Assembly (NCBI GenBank): GCA_003345595.1
Contig: PRDI01000039.1
Location: 10,875-74,874 of the forward strand
DNA from: Candidatus Thorarchaeota archaeon
Lineage (GTDB): Archaea; Asgardarchaeota; Thorarchaeia; Thorarchaeales; Thorarchaeaceae
DNA: 64,000 nucleotides
Reading direction: 5' to 3'
A program made the position numbers and the translations under genes. The first letter of the stretch is position 1, and the number at the start of each line of letters is the position of its first letter. The notes under the pieces were generated by a model, which saw nothing but the letters and a program-made list of their open reading frames with translations, had not been told where the DNA came from and did not search any database. Below are positions 34,075 through 44,098 of this stretch, piece by piece.

Positions 34075-35205
34075 TCACGCCTCACGCTCCTGCAGCGCCT
34101 CGTAGACGAGCTCGACTATGTCTCTTGTCTTCAAGTCGTTGAGCAGAAGCTGTTCTCTGCAAGATGGACAGGCAGTTATGATGGTGACGTCTTTCAGATG
34201 CTCGCGTGCCGCACGAAGCTGCATAATCTTTTCACTGAGGCTGGGATCAGTCATTCTGAGCAGCCCGCCGCCACCACAACAGCTCAGTTCCAGTTCCCGG
34301 AACTCCACTCCCATCTTCCTCAGCAGGGACCTGGGTTCTGTCTTCACTCCACATATCCTATGGAGTTCACACGGATCATGATAGACGAACTTCTCAGTCT
34401 GTTTGTACTTTGGGATTGTCTTCAGCATTCGGTCGAGAAACTGGGTGTGATGGATCACTTCGACTCCCTGGAGTCCGTGATTCTTGGATAACTGAATTAG
34501 ACATCCTGGGCAGCAAGTGATGACTTTCTTCGCATGGGCTTCTTCGATTACACTTCGATTGTGCTCTCTCAGATCTTTTGTCCCCTTCTCGTATCCCATC
34601 AGGTCGAGAGGATGACCGCAGCAGAATTCCTCCGCACCCATAACAAGGTAGTCGACCTTGAGGGTTTCAAGTGTCTTGAACAGTGCTTTGAGGACATCGA
34701 CTTGAGTCCCTCTGAACGACATCAGACAACCCAAGAAGACTAGAACGTCTGCAGTCTTCCCCTTGGCGAACACCCTGTCTTGGATGTGGGGTATCTCGCT
34801 CTCCAGCTCATCGAGCCAATAGACGGCCCTGTCTTCTGGGGATAAGCCGTAGATGTTCTTCACATTCTCAAGAGAGTCCTTCAGTGCATCAAGGTACTCG
34901 AACTCCTCAGGTGATGTTTCAATCGCTTTGGCTCTCTGCTCATGCCAGACCCTGAGCAGGTCTACATCAGATGAACAGGCCTCATTGCATCTACCGCACA
35001 TAGCACACTGGAAGAGCAGTCTTCTAAACTCCTTCGCGGCCTCAGGATCAGACTCGACCTGATCCATGATCTGGAGCAGGTATATCTTGCCTCTAGGAGA
35101 ATACTGCTCTTCACCCATGACGTCAAAGATAGGGCATAGTTTCATGCATGAGCCGCAACGGACGCATTTCTCATAGGATGCGCTTGTTGACACTTGGCGG
35201 AACAC
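34075..35205 (-). CDS. Fe-S oxidoreductase subunit (GlcF/GlpC/HdrD-like, CCG domains)
   Basis: CVRCGSCMKLCP, CAMCGRCNEACS, EFCCG, CCPGC, YHDPC, CCGGGG, ACPSC; abuts the FAD subunit gene. Confidence 0.9.
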   Translation of the reverse strand: MFRQVSTSASYEKCVRCGSCMKLCPIFDVMGEEQYSPRGKIYLLQIMDQVESDPEAAKEFRRLLFQCAMCGRCNEACSSDVDLLRVWHEQRAKAIETSPEEFEYLDALKDSLENVKNIYGLSPEDRAVYWLDELESEIPHIQDRVFAKGKTADVLVFLGCLMSFRGTQVDVLKALFKTLETLKVDYLVMGAEEFCCGHPLDLMGYEKGTKDLREHNRSVIEEAHAKKVITCCPGCLIQLSKNHGLQGVEVIHHTQFLDRMLKTIPKYKQTEKFVYHDPCELHRICGVKTEPRSLLRKMGVEFRELELSCCGGGGLLRMTDPSLSEKIMQLRAAREHLKDVTIITACPSCREQLLLNDLKTRDIVELVYEALQEREA

Positions 35206-35408
35206 CTTCTCTGAGGTTCCAGACCTCTTGCAGAAGAAGGTCTGTCAGTTTTTCATTCTTCCCACGCTTTATAACACGTGGGGAAGATGCACAATCGGGT
35301 GCCTATCTTCCACTTCAACGCTGCGCTGGTCGGTGCTCGTTTCGGTGCGTATTTATGTGTATTATCATCGCTAGTGGTGGCTGTCGGCAGGCTCAGGATA
35401 AGACTACC

Positions 35409-37382
35409 ATGAACCGGCGCAAAGCGTCCTCACTTGTGGTCGTTGCAGTCATGGTCCTAGCTGTGGGAATCATCTTGCTGCCTCCACTCGATACCCCATC
35501 AGAAGACGGCAATCAAGATGGAACGACCTCGTTGTCTCCACATACGTTCAACAACCTGAACTGGTGGGACATAGCGTCCGAGCTCGGGACCAAGGGTACT
35601 CTACTAACGACGCTTCAGGTGATTGCTGGCTACGGCCCGCGATATGACGGAAGTCCCGGTTACTACCTCGCGGGCGGTTGGTTGATTGATCTCCTGTCAT
35701 CGATGGGGATCACGACAACCTACTATGGCAATCATGACTCTGTTTTGGGCTTTCAGCCAGGCTATGGCAACGACAGTCGGGCAATCGTGTTTGGTGCCCA
35801 TCTCGATTCAGCCGCAGTATCGATTGGCATAGAGGAGAATCTGGGTGGATGCGCGGTTGTCGCTAGCATTGCCAGTATACTCTCCCGATTCAGACTTCCT
35901 ATCGACGTCTACTACTGCTTCTTTGCAGGCAACATGGAGTTCCTCGATGACCAGCAGAGGAACCGGGCTATGTGGGGTTCTAGAGAGATCTCTGCTCACT
36001 TGGTCGAAGAAGGCGTTGACGTCATAGCCTTCTACAACTTCGATGAACTGCTCTTCAGGAACTTGGCCCAGAGTGAAACACAACGCCTTGTTGCGGAATA
36101 TCGTACAACGGTTCTTTTTGGCTACCACTCGACTGCATACTTGGCGGATCTTCTTGTCACCTTCATGAGACTGTCAGGACTTAACATAATGTCCACTGTC
36201 GAAGAGGTTGGCACCCAGACTGATCACTGGTCCTTCTGGGACCGCTTGCTTCCAGCAGTCAATGTCAAGAGCGGCCACACTTCCGATCCGGATGATCCAT
36301 TCTTTGATTCACTCAGTAATCCCCACTTCAACACGACCCAAGGCTTCTTGGTCGCAAGAGCCGCTGCCTCTGTGGCAGTCTACCTCTCCATGCAGGGAAA
36401 CGGTGAAAGGTCGACACAGAAGCTTCAGGGCACCATTGATCCGGGAGACCAGCTGACCCTCAGGGCCGTGATGACTGTTCCTCAGATGCTGTCAATGAGA
36501 GGTGTTTGCTCAGGAAACAGCATCCTCACTGTTCGGGTCTTCGGCAGGACCACCTCTCTGCTTGACTTATCAGCGATTCCCAATGGCAACTTCACTATCA
36601 CGTGTGAGCTAGCTGCTGAGTTGGGTCCTGTTAATGTTCAGGTCGTCAACCAGGGGAATCTCTCTGCCAATGTCACGTTGTATCTCGATTACGACTCGGA
36701 TACGGATGGCAATGGCGTGTTCGATTCGTTCCAGTACATCTGGCCCAGCCCAGAGCCGCCTCTTGACTGGGATGGCGATGGCCTGAGTGACGCCGAAGAA
36801 GCAGTTCGCGGCACTGACATATTCAAGCCCGACACTGACTCAGACATGATAGGTGACTCGGTTGAAGTCGAATACGGCTTAGACCCCCTGCGGAACGACG
36901 CAGACGAGGATCCCGATGCTGACGGTCTCACAAGCTTCCGTGAAATAGCCCTCGGCACACATCCACTCAACAGCGATACCGATTCTGACGGTATGCCCGA
37001 CGGATGGGAAGTGGACTATGGCACCAATCCGCTCGTCAATGATGCAGCATCTGATCCAGACAATGACACACTGACGAACATTGAGGAGTACAGGTGCAGG
37101 GCCGATCCTCTCTCAGCTGATGGAGATGCGGACGGGGTGCCAGATTCGACCGAGGTGTCATTAGGAATGGATCCTATGAATCCGGACAGCGACTCAGATG
37201 GCTTGCGGGATCAAGTGGAGCTCCTCGAGGGAACGAATCCACTGGTCCCGGACTACGATGCTGATGTCCTGTGGGATGGTCCAGATCCCAATCCCCGGAT
37301 TAATCTTCTTCTCGTGATTGGTCTAATCATCATATTGCCTGTTGTGGTGGGTTCGTTCATCTTCTGGCGTCGTATTAGGTAG
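35409..37382 (+). CDS. Membrane-anchored M28 peptidase-like protein with Ca-binding TSP3-like (DxDxDG) repeats
   Basis: N-terminal TM, GAHLDS, NFD and TDHWSF motifs; about nine DxDxD(G)xxD/N repeats; C-terminal TM followed by WRRIR. Confidence 0.82.
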   Translation: MNRRKASSLVVVAVMVLAVGIILLPPLDTPSEDGNQDGTTSLSPHTFNNLNWWDIASELGTKGTLLTTLQVIAGYGPRYDGSPGYYLAGGWLIDLLSSMGITTTYYGNHDSVLGFQPGYGNDSRAIVFGAHLDSAAVSIGIEENLGGCAVVASIASILSRFRLPIDVYYCFFAGNMEFLDDQQRNRAMWGSREISAHLVEEGVDVIAFYNFDELLFRNLAQSETQRLVAEYRTTVLFGYHSTAYLADLLVTFMRLSGLNIMSTVEEVGTQTDHWSFWDRLLPAVNVKSGHTSDPDDPFFDSLSNPHFNTTQGFLVARAAASVAVYLSMQGNGERSTQKLQGTIDPGDQLTLRAVMTVPQMLSMRGVCSGNSILTVRVFGRTTSLLDLSAIPNGNFTITCELAAELGPVNVQVVNQGNLSANVTLYLDYDSDTDGNGVFDSFQYIWPSPEPPLDWDGDGLSDAEEAVRGTDIFKPDTDSDMIGDSVEVEYGLDPLRNDADEDPDADGLTSFREIALGTHPLNSDTDSDGMPDGWEVDYGTNPLVNDAASDPDNDTLTNIEEYRCRADPLSADGDADGVPDSTEVSLGMDPMNPDSDSDGLRDQVELLEGTNPLVPDYDADVLWDGPDPNPRINLLLVIGLIIILPVVVGSFIFWRRIR

Positions 37383-37479
37383 GATGCGCACAGCTACACA
37401 GATAGGCGATGCTATCTTGATATCCTTCAGAAAGAGTAGATGCCACGGAGTGTCGGCCGCGGCATCTAGCTGGCTCTGA

Positions 37480-38913
37480 CTATGTCGGTGGAGCCTTTGG
37501 AATATGGCCCTGCTTGTAGAGGATGTCCGAGGCCGCGCGCGCAGTTCTGATGACATCTTCTGCGTGCTTGTACAGATCCTTCTCCTCCCAGTGTTTCCGG
37601 GCAATGCCTTGTTCTATTGCCTTCATGCCGACAGCAGTGGCCTCTTTTGGATACAGTTCCCATTGTGACATCGTTGGAATGACGCGCCTCGGGGACGCTT
37701 CTTTAGCGCCGAGGTCCGCAAGAGCTTGGGCCGCCGCGATACACATCTCGTCAGTTATGGTTCGAGCCTGAACATCTAGTGTGCCCCTGAAGATACCTGG
37801 GAAGCCAAGAGAGTTGTTAATCTGATTGTCGAAGTCGCTCCGTCCAGTGCCGACGATCTTCGCACCTGCGTCGAGCGCATCCCACGGCCATATCTCAGGG
37901 TAGGGGTTGGCGCAAGCGAAGACAATGGAGTCCTTTGCCATCTTGGCGACCCACTCCTTCTTCACGCTACCTGGCACGGGCGTAGCCGCAGTGATCAGAA
38001 TGTCGGCTCCCTTTATGACCTGCCCGAGGTCTCCCGTCATCCTCTCAGGATTTGTCTTCTGCGCTAGGTCATACTTGAATTTGTCCTCATCACGTTCCTT
38101 GACAATGTCCTCACGGTCTGCATAGATTGCTCCCTTGGAGTCGACAAGGATTACGTTCTTTGGGCTGACTCCCGCGGAAAACATGAGATATGCAGTACGG
38201 GTGTTAGCAGAACCGACGCCGAGCATAGCAACTCTGACGTTCCTGATGTCTTTCTTGACAACTCTGAGTCCGCCCATAACTCCGGCCAGCACGACTGTTG
38301 CAGTACCTTGGGCGTCATCATGCCACACAGGAATCTTCACCGTGGGGTCTTTCCGAAGGGTTTCGAGGACCTCGTAGCATTTAGGCTTCTCAATGTCCTC
38401 AAGGTTGATGCCTCCAAACGACGGTTGGATGAGCCTAACAGTCTCAATGATCTTTGCAGGGTCCTTGGAGTCTACACATATCGGCCAAGCATCTACTCCC
38501 CCCAGATACTTGAACAGAAGTGCTTTGCCTTCCATGACTGGGCCTGCCCCATATGGGCCTATGTCACCAAGGCCTAGGACTCTTGTGCCATCACTTACCA
38601 CAGCGACCATGTTGCCTTTGTTGGTCATCTCATATGCTAAGTCTTCGTTGTCCCTTATCGCTAGGCATGGCTTTGCTACACCAGGTGTATACCATATGGC
38701 GAAGTCGCTGAATTCGCGTACGGGACACTTGCCGATGCTCATGATCTTTCCCCTGTAAAATGGGTGGAGTATCATGGCGTCCTTACCCGGCTTCTCAGCC
38801 CTCTTTTTGAGATCCTCCACCGTGAGCTTCTCTTCGGCCTTCGGTGGTTCTGTTGTCTTCTCGGCCTTCTTCTCAGGCTCCTTCTTTGGAGCTGCAGGTT
38901 TCTTCTCAGGCAT
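37480..38913 (-). CDS. NAD(P)-dependent malic enzyme
   Basis: YTPGVA, SDGTRVLGLGDIG, VMEGKALLFK, GGINLEDI, HDDAQGTA, ANPYPEI, NQINNSLGFPGIFRG. Confidence 0.95.
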   Translation of the reverse strand: MPEKKPAAPKKEPEKKAEKTTEPPKAEEKLTVEDLKKRAEKPGKDAMILHPFYRGKIMSIGKCPVREFSDFAIWYTPGVAKPCLAIRDNEDLAYEMTNKGNMVAVVSDGTRVLGLGDIGPYGAGPVMEGKALLFKYLGGVDAWPICVDSKDPAKIIETVRLIQPSFGGINLEDIEKPKCYEVLETLRKDPTVKIPVWHDDAQGTATVVLAGVMGGLRVVKKDIRNVRVAMLGVGSANTRTAYLMFSAGVSPKNVILVDSKGAIYADREDIVKERDEDKFKYDLAQKTNPERMTGDLGQVIKGADILITAATPVPGSVKKEWVAKMAKDSIVFACANPYPEIWPWDALDAGAKIVGTGRSDFDNQINNSLGFPGIFRGTLDVQARTITDEMCIAAAQALADLGAKEASPRRVIPTMSQWELYPKEATAVGMKAIEQGIARKHWEEKDLYKHAEDVIRTARAASDILYKQGHIPKAPPT

Positions 38914-39093
38914 AGTGATGAGCCCCTGTACTTGATCTATGACAGACCTATTTCTGCAGGTCTGACTGGGCGAGCTGGTCTGCAGCCTCGATTAAAACCT
39001 ATGCCTAGACATCCGCAGGATTATTCTTCTCGTCAGTGCAGCACCTAGCCACTAATTGATAAGGAATCTCGACTGGCTTTCCACCGATGCGCT

Positions 39094-39825
39094 ATGGTCC
39101 CGTCTGCTGGTCATGAGTTTCACACGAAAAGCGGGTATGTACGAGGAAAGCTGCCCTCCCACAGTCTAGACTGGGCTACTAGGCCCGCAACGTTCAAGGA
39201 GTATCCTGGAAAAGAAAGTGTTCCTCTACCCGCGCCTGAGACTTCTGGAGGTCCGGGGATCTGGGAATCTCTGCGCAAGAGGCGAAGCGTCAGAGCCTAT
39301 AGCCAGGTACCAGTGACCAAACAGGAGTTGTCGCAGCTACTTTGGGCAACGCAAGGGATTACTGCTCGACTCAGGGATGGACTGCGGACTGCTCCATCCG
39401 CCGGCGCCCTGTATCCGATTGAGACTTATGTCTGTGTTAACCGGGTCACAGACCTCGAGCAAGGCCTCTACCATTACGATGTCCGAGGCGGAAGGCTGGA
39501 TGTTCTGAAGAGAGGCGATCTAACGAGAGCGGTTGCCGCCGCAGCATTGGATCAGGAAATGGCCGCACGTTCTGCAGTTGTTTTCATCTGGTCAGCCGTC
39601 TTTCCTAGGTCTGTTTGGAAGTATCTTGATCGTGCGTATAGATATGCATACATGGACGTGGGACATATCGCACAGAATCTGGCCCTTGCCGCGGAGGCCA
39701 TTGGTCTTTCAACCTGCCAGATTGGCTCTTTCTATGACAACGAGGTGGATAGCCTTATCGAAGCGGATGGCGTCCAAGAGGCCGTCGTGTACCTGAGCAG
39801 CGTTGGGCGAGCGGCAAGGAAGTGA
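39094..39825 (+). CDS. SagB/ThcOx-family nitroreductase-like flavoprotein
   Basis: RRSVRAY, RTAPSAGALYPIE, YRYAYMDVGHIAQN. Confidence 0.9.
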   Translation: MVPSAGHEFHTKSGYVRGKLPSHSLDWATRPATFKEYPGKESVPLPAPETSGGPGIWESLRKRRSVRAYSQVPVTKQELSQLLWATQGITARLRDGLRTAPSAGALYPIETYVCVNRVTDLEQGLYHYDVRGGRLDVLKRGDLTRAVAAAALDQEMAARSAVVFIWSAVFPRSVWKYLDRAYRYAYMDVGHIAQNLALAAEAIGLSTCQIGSFYDNEVDSLIEADGVQEAVVYLSSVGRAARK

Positions 39826-39860
39826 AACTGCCGCACACTTTGGCGGCAGCCCTAATCCCA

Positions 39861-40343
39861 CTACAGCTTCAAGCCCCAGAAATTGAGTATCTGATCGGCG
39901 TGTTCGCGCGTCTTCACTCTGTCGAGACCTTCAGGACCGCCGAATATTCCTTCTATCTTGCCTTCAGCATCTATAAGGAAGGTCACGCGTTGAACACCCA
40001 ATAGCTCCTTTCCAAGAATCTTCACGGGCCTGTACACCCCATAGAGCTTTGCGATTGCGTGGTCCTCGTCTATGAGCAGGGTGAAGTTGAGCCTGTGATT
40101 CTCCTTGAACCGCTGGTGAGACTCCCGAGAACCGCCTGAGACGCCATAGACGTCAATTCCCTTTTCTAGGAATGTGTTATAGCTATCCCTGATAGAACAA
40201 GCTTCCGCCGTGCACCCGGGTGTTTCATCAGCAGGGTAGAAGTACACAACTACTCTCTTTCCTCTCTTTTCGCTGAGCTTGAACGACTCTCCAGTGTCTG
40301 TAGTTGTCTGGAAGTCTGGCGCATTATCACCGATTGACAACAA
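39861..40343 (-). CDS. bcp: Peroxiredoxin, BCP/PrxQ family (copy 2)
   Basis: APDF, YFYPADETPGCTAEAC, RVTFLID. Confidence 0.93.
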   Translation of the reverse strand: MLSIGDNAPDFQTTTDTGESFKLSEKRGKRVVVYFYPADETPGCTAEACSIRDSYNTFLEKGIDVYGVSGGSRESHQRFKENHRLNFTLLIDEDHAIAKLYGVYRPVKILGKELLGVQRVTFLIDAEGKIEGIFGGPEGLDRVKTREHADQILNFWGLKL

Positions 40344-40355
40344 TTTAATTACCTC

Positions 40356-40838
40356 CTACAGCTTCAAACCCCAGAACTTGATCACTTGCTGGGCATGCTC
40401 TTTCGTGTCAACCTTCTCGATCCCTTCAGGCCCGCCGAAGATCCCTTCAACTTTCCCCTGTTGGTTGATCAGAAAGGTAGTCCTCTCAATGCCCATGTAA
40501 TCCTTGCCGTACAGCTTCTTGGGTACATACACGTCGTACAGCTTTGCAATCCTGTAGTCCTCATCCATCAGTAATGGAAATGGCAGGCTATACTTCGCCT
40601 TGAAATCCTGATGCGAGCCAACCGGCCCACCGGAAACACCATAGACTACCGCATTGTTGCTATTGAACGCCCTGTAGCTGTCTCGTATAGAGCATGCTTC
40701 CGCAGTACAGCCCGGTGTATCATCCTTCGGATAGAAATAGAGCATCACTCTCTTTCCTCTCAGAGCGCTCAGTCTGAACTTCTCCCCAGACTCTGTCGTC
40801 GTTTCGAAGTCTGGTGCAACCTCGCCAATCTTTACCAT
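40356..40838 (-). CDS. bcp: Peroxiredoxin, BCP/PrxQ family (copy 1)
   Basis: YFYPKDDTPGCTAEAC, ERTTFLI; GGAGAGGTGA RBS before ATG 40838. Confidence 0.93.
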   Translation of the reverse strand: MVKIGEVAPDFETTTESGEKFRLSALRGKRVMLYFYPKDDTPGCTAEACSIRDSYRAFNSNNAVVYGVSGGPVGSHQDFKAKYSLPFPLLMDEDYRIAKLYDVYVPKKLYGKDYMGIERTTFLINQQGKVEGIFGGPEGIEKVDTKEHAQQVIKFWGLKL

Positions 40839-40990
40839 AACCTTCACCTCTCCAGTTTACTATTGTTAATAGCCTAATAAGCCTTGCCTTGTATCGCCAG
40901 TCCGGCTCTCTCTGCTGCAATTACGCCCGAAGTCTCATAGCACGCAACTCTTAAGGAGCCCCTGCCCCGGCATCATCGCCCGCGTAGGGA

Positions 40991-42004
40991 GTGATCAGAG
41001 TGTCAGGGTCTCCAGTTATGTTCAAGTCGATGAGGTTGGCGTGGACTCTCTTTGTTGCGGAGGCCCTCCTGCTAGCTGTCGGCGGCTATTGGGTTACTCT
41101 GATTCTCTCTAGTACTGACAGCTTTTTCGGGCTTGCCTGGTTCATTGTTGTCGCAATGTACGCGGCTGTGGTGGGATTCTGCATCGGATGGAAGACAAAG
41201 AAGTCGACTGTGATCTATGTAGCGCCCCAGTGGCAATTCGAGCCCCTTCAGCTCAAGGCAGACGAATGCCGTAAGCTGGTCAGGGAACACAACAGACAGT
41301 TCAGGCGCCTTGTCGCCGCGAGCAGCTTCTGGCACTTCTACATCCCGATACCTCTGATTCTAGCGAATATCTCACTACCATACGATGGCTCCTTCCTGTA
41401 CCCAGCACTGTCACCATTCATTCCTCTGCTGTCGTCTCTCATTCTTCTTGGCGTTCATGCGACTACCACATATGGTGGCTTCAGTGCGACGTCAAACGCA
41501 GCTTCTCCGGACTTCACGTTGCCCCTGATACGAGAGGCTGTGTGGGTGGCAAGCGTGCAGTCGAAAATCCCCAACATCTCGAATGTCAGAGTGCTTATTG
41601 ACAGAGCTCAGAGTGGGAATTTTGTTGTGTACAGGAATCCACGTGTGATCGCGCGCATCGCAGGACTGGAGAGTGACGCCTATATCGAGTCCTGGTCCGG
41701 TGAGCTGAGAGCAGTCAGCAGAGTGCTCTGCCGGCTGTCCGGGTATGCTTCTTCGGGTGTGACAACGTGGCTGTGGGACTCAAGAGACAGGAACTTCATC
41801 AAGTCCACTGCTCTCGACAAGGAAGGCTACTACGTCCGCAACCCTGTGCCGTCGCGAGTTCATGAGCTTGGCGTCAAGGATGTCCTGCTAATCACGCAAA
41901 ACGCAGTCGCTTTGATTCTTATCGAATACTCGGCAACACGGGGCGAGGATCCACGCATCAATGACATGCTAGAGGTTCTCGGCGTAAAGCACCGAAAGGG
42001 CTAA
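40991..42004 (+). CDS. Unknown 4-TM membrane protein (paralog A)
   Basis: Two TM pairs plus a soluble C-terminal domain; shares motifs with the next two ORFs. Confidence 0.75.
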   Translation: MIRVSGSPVMFKSMRLAWTLFVAEALLLAVGGYWVTLILSSTDSFFGLAWFIVVAMYAAVVGFCIGWKTKKSTVIYVAPQWQFEPLQLKADECRKLVREHNRQFRRLVAASSFWHFYIPIPLILANISLPYDGSFLYPALSPFIPLLSSLILLGVHATTTYGGFSATSNAASPDFTLPLIREAVWVASVQSKIPNISNVRVLIDRAQSGNFVVYRNPRVIARIAGLESDAYIESWSGELRAVSRVLCRLSGYASSGVTTWLWDSRDRNFIKSTALDKEGYYVRNPVPSRVHELGVKDVLLITQNAVALILIEYSATRGEDPRINDMLEVLGVKHRKG

Positions 42005-42005
42005 T

Positions 42006-43082
42006 TTGACCGGGAGGCTCTCCCATCTCATTGGAGACCTGTATGTGTCTGCTGATCCTATCGCCTATAGATCGCTTCTGCCATACTACGCGCTGATGTT
42101 CGTTGTGATTGTTATATGGATCATCATAGGTGAGGAGCTCTCTCAGTTTGGACTCCTGGCTGCGACATCGGATTCGATGAGTTGGGTGAGAATGGCTGCG
42201 GCAGTCATGGGGACAATGTGTGCCCCTATCGCAGTACTATCGTGGAGAATGAAGCAACAGGTCTCAGTCACTTCGCTTGATTGGAAACTCCATGAGCGAG
42301 AGATAGAATACTCAGAGTTCGAAGTCCTCCTAAGTGACTACAACAAAGCGTACTCACATCTGATGAATCGCATCGATACTATGTCCGTGGCAATGACCGC
42401 AAGTGTTTTCGTCGCGGCAATCTTGCTGCCATTCATAATCGTGTTCTACATACCTGACATCATTGCGACTGCTCCGTATGTCTTTGGTTTTCTCCTGTTG
42501 CCGTTTGGGCTTATGGTTGGACGCACAGTCTACTTGGCTGTTCCAAACGATGCTAGCATCGAGTTTCCGTCGGTTTCCTCGAAACTCATCCGGAGGGCAG
42601 TCGAGCTGCTGGAAGTAACCTACGGTCTTTCTTGGGCTGGTGTTCGATTGTCCATAGGCGAGACTGCGGGGTACTTCACTCTGCGCGACCCCAGAGCCGT
42701 AGGCAGGATCGAAGGTATCGAGAGTTCTGCATGGATTGGCGTCGAAGCGGATGAATCAGGACGCCCAATTGGCGCAGTGGCACGAGTTGCATTAGGCTCT
42801 CACGAGAGGGAATTCCATTCTCAGCTCCCCGCTAGCGGAGAGTTGGCTCGTCGCGACCTTGAAAACCTTGTCCGTACATGCTTCACAGAGTACGTCAGTG
42901 AACGGGGCAGTGATGAGATGTTAGATGGCATAATGGAGGATTTGGGTATCCAGATGACTAAGGCTGTCGGTCCTGACCCGCAGAAGACAGATGGAGGCGA
43001 TGCTCTTATCTCAGGCGACCAACGGACACCAAGTGATGCAGAGGACGATGAGAATGAGCGAGGATCAAGTCATTCGGCATGA
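42006..43082 (+). CDS. Unknown 4-TM membrane protein (paralog B)
   Basis: Same architecture; starts immediately after paralog A. Confidence 0.75.
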   Translation: MTGRLSHLIGDLYVSADPIAYRSLLPYYALMFVVIVIWIIIGEELSQFGLLAATSDSMSWVRMAAAVMGTMCAPIAVLSWRMKQQVSVTSLDWKLHEREIEYSEFEVLLSDYNKAYSHLMNRIDTMSVAMTASVFVAAILLPFIIVFYIPDIIATAPYVFGFLLLPFGLMVGRTVYLAVPNDASIEFPSVSSKLIRRAVELLEVTYGLSWAGVRLSIGETAGYFTLRDPRAVGRIEGIESSAWIGVEADESGRPIGAVARVALGSHEREFHSQLPASGELARRDLENLVRTCFTEYVSERGSDEMLDGIMEDLGIQMTKAVGPDPQKTDGGDALISGDQRTPSDAEDDENERGSSHSA

Positions 43083-44022
43083 CCGGCAGCGCCCGGTTAA
43101 CATAGCGTTTGTTGTCATAACGGCGACCTTCATCGTTTCTGGTGCATATGTGGAGTATACTAGCCCTGGTAGCCTTGAAACCATACTGCTGGTCTACTCA
43201 GCGACTCCCCTATTCCTTCTTTTTGTTTCCGGGATAATGGGAGCGGGCTCAAAGCGAGCCATAGATTACATTCCCGGAGAGTGGGAACAACGCAGAGTCT
43301 GGGCAACGTTTGAACAGTATGATATCATGCTCAAGGAACATGAAAGGGCATACGGTCATCTGTATGCCCATCCAGCTGGGACGATGGCTTGTTGTTGCAT
43401 GATGCCTGTGGCGTTGGGTGTCGGGGGTCTTGCTCTGCTGTACAAGCTGAATCCGCATCCAGTGTTCAGTTCTTTCATTGACTCATTGATTCTCATCATC
43501 ATTCTCTACGGGATAGTATCCGTACTTGGTTTCTTTGTCGGCTACCGAGTCCCGAAAATCGACGCTGTGGCTTTCTTCCAGCCCCCGCTGTCTGATGATG
43601 TCTACAGGTTCACTCGCGAACTGGCCGATGTCCCCGGCATTAAGGCTGGCGTGAACGTAGAGCTTGGGGAACGCGCAGGTATTCGCACAATCATTGGGGC
43701 GGAATGCAAAGCGTATGTTGAGGGTCTGCCTGACACGGTCGCAATCAAGGTCCAAGTTTCGCACTCCGGGTTCGCATATCCCTATCTGGTAGGCACAGTA
43801 TACAAGGGCAAGACTGTGGAAGCCGAAAAAGAACAAGTCCGTCTGCGGACTAGGTATCCTGCATTGATTGAGTACTCCATGGACAAGGATGTCGCAGTGA
43901 TGGTAGCCCGATTTGACATCCCAAAGCGTACCAGCGAAGTGCCTTCCATCTCTAGGCAGGATTTCAAGGCCTTGGCAGGAATCTTGGTTGCTAGGCTGAA
44001 GCAGGTTTACGAGCCCTCTTAG
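43054..44022 (+). CDS. Unknown 4-TM membrane protein (paralog C)
   Basis: Same architecture; GAGG RBS before ATG 43054; overlaps the end of paralog B. Confidence 0.75.
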   Translation: MSEDQVIRHDRQRPVNIAFVVITATFIVSGAYVEYTSPGSLETILLVYSATPLFLLFVSGIMGAGSKRAIDYIPGEWEQRRVWATFEQYDIMLKEHERAYGHLYAHPAGTMACCCMMPVALGVGGLALLYKLNPHPVFSSFIDSLILIIILYGIVSVLGFFVGYRVPKIDAVAFFQPPLSDDVYRFTRELADVPGIKAGVNVELGERAGIRTIIGAECKAYVEGLPDTVAIKVQVSHSGFAYPYLVGTVYKGKTVEAEKEQVRLRTRYPALIEYSMDKDVAVMVARFDIPKRTSEVPSISRQDFKALAGILVARLKQVYEPS

Positions 44023-44098
44023 AGAAGGCATCATAGTTATGTTTAACTGGAATTCTCGGGTATCCTAACTTGTCAACTCATACTTGAGGAGTGTGCAG

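Noticed and set aside
39094-39825. SagB/ThcOx protein as part of the RiPP system
   Set aside because: It is about 19 kb from the rSAM, has no YcaO or precursor nearby, and stand-alone members are common in archaea
39861-40838. Selenocysteine recoding in the peroxiredoxins or Fe-S proteins
   Set aside because: Active-site positions are ordinary Cys codons, and no in-frame TGA interrupts a recognisable domain
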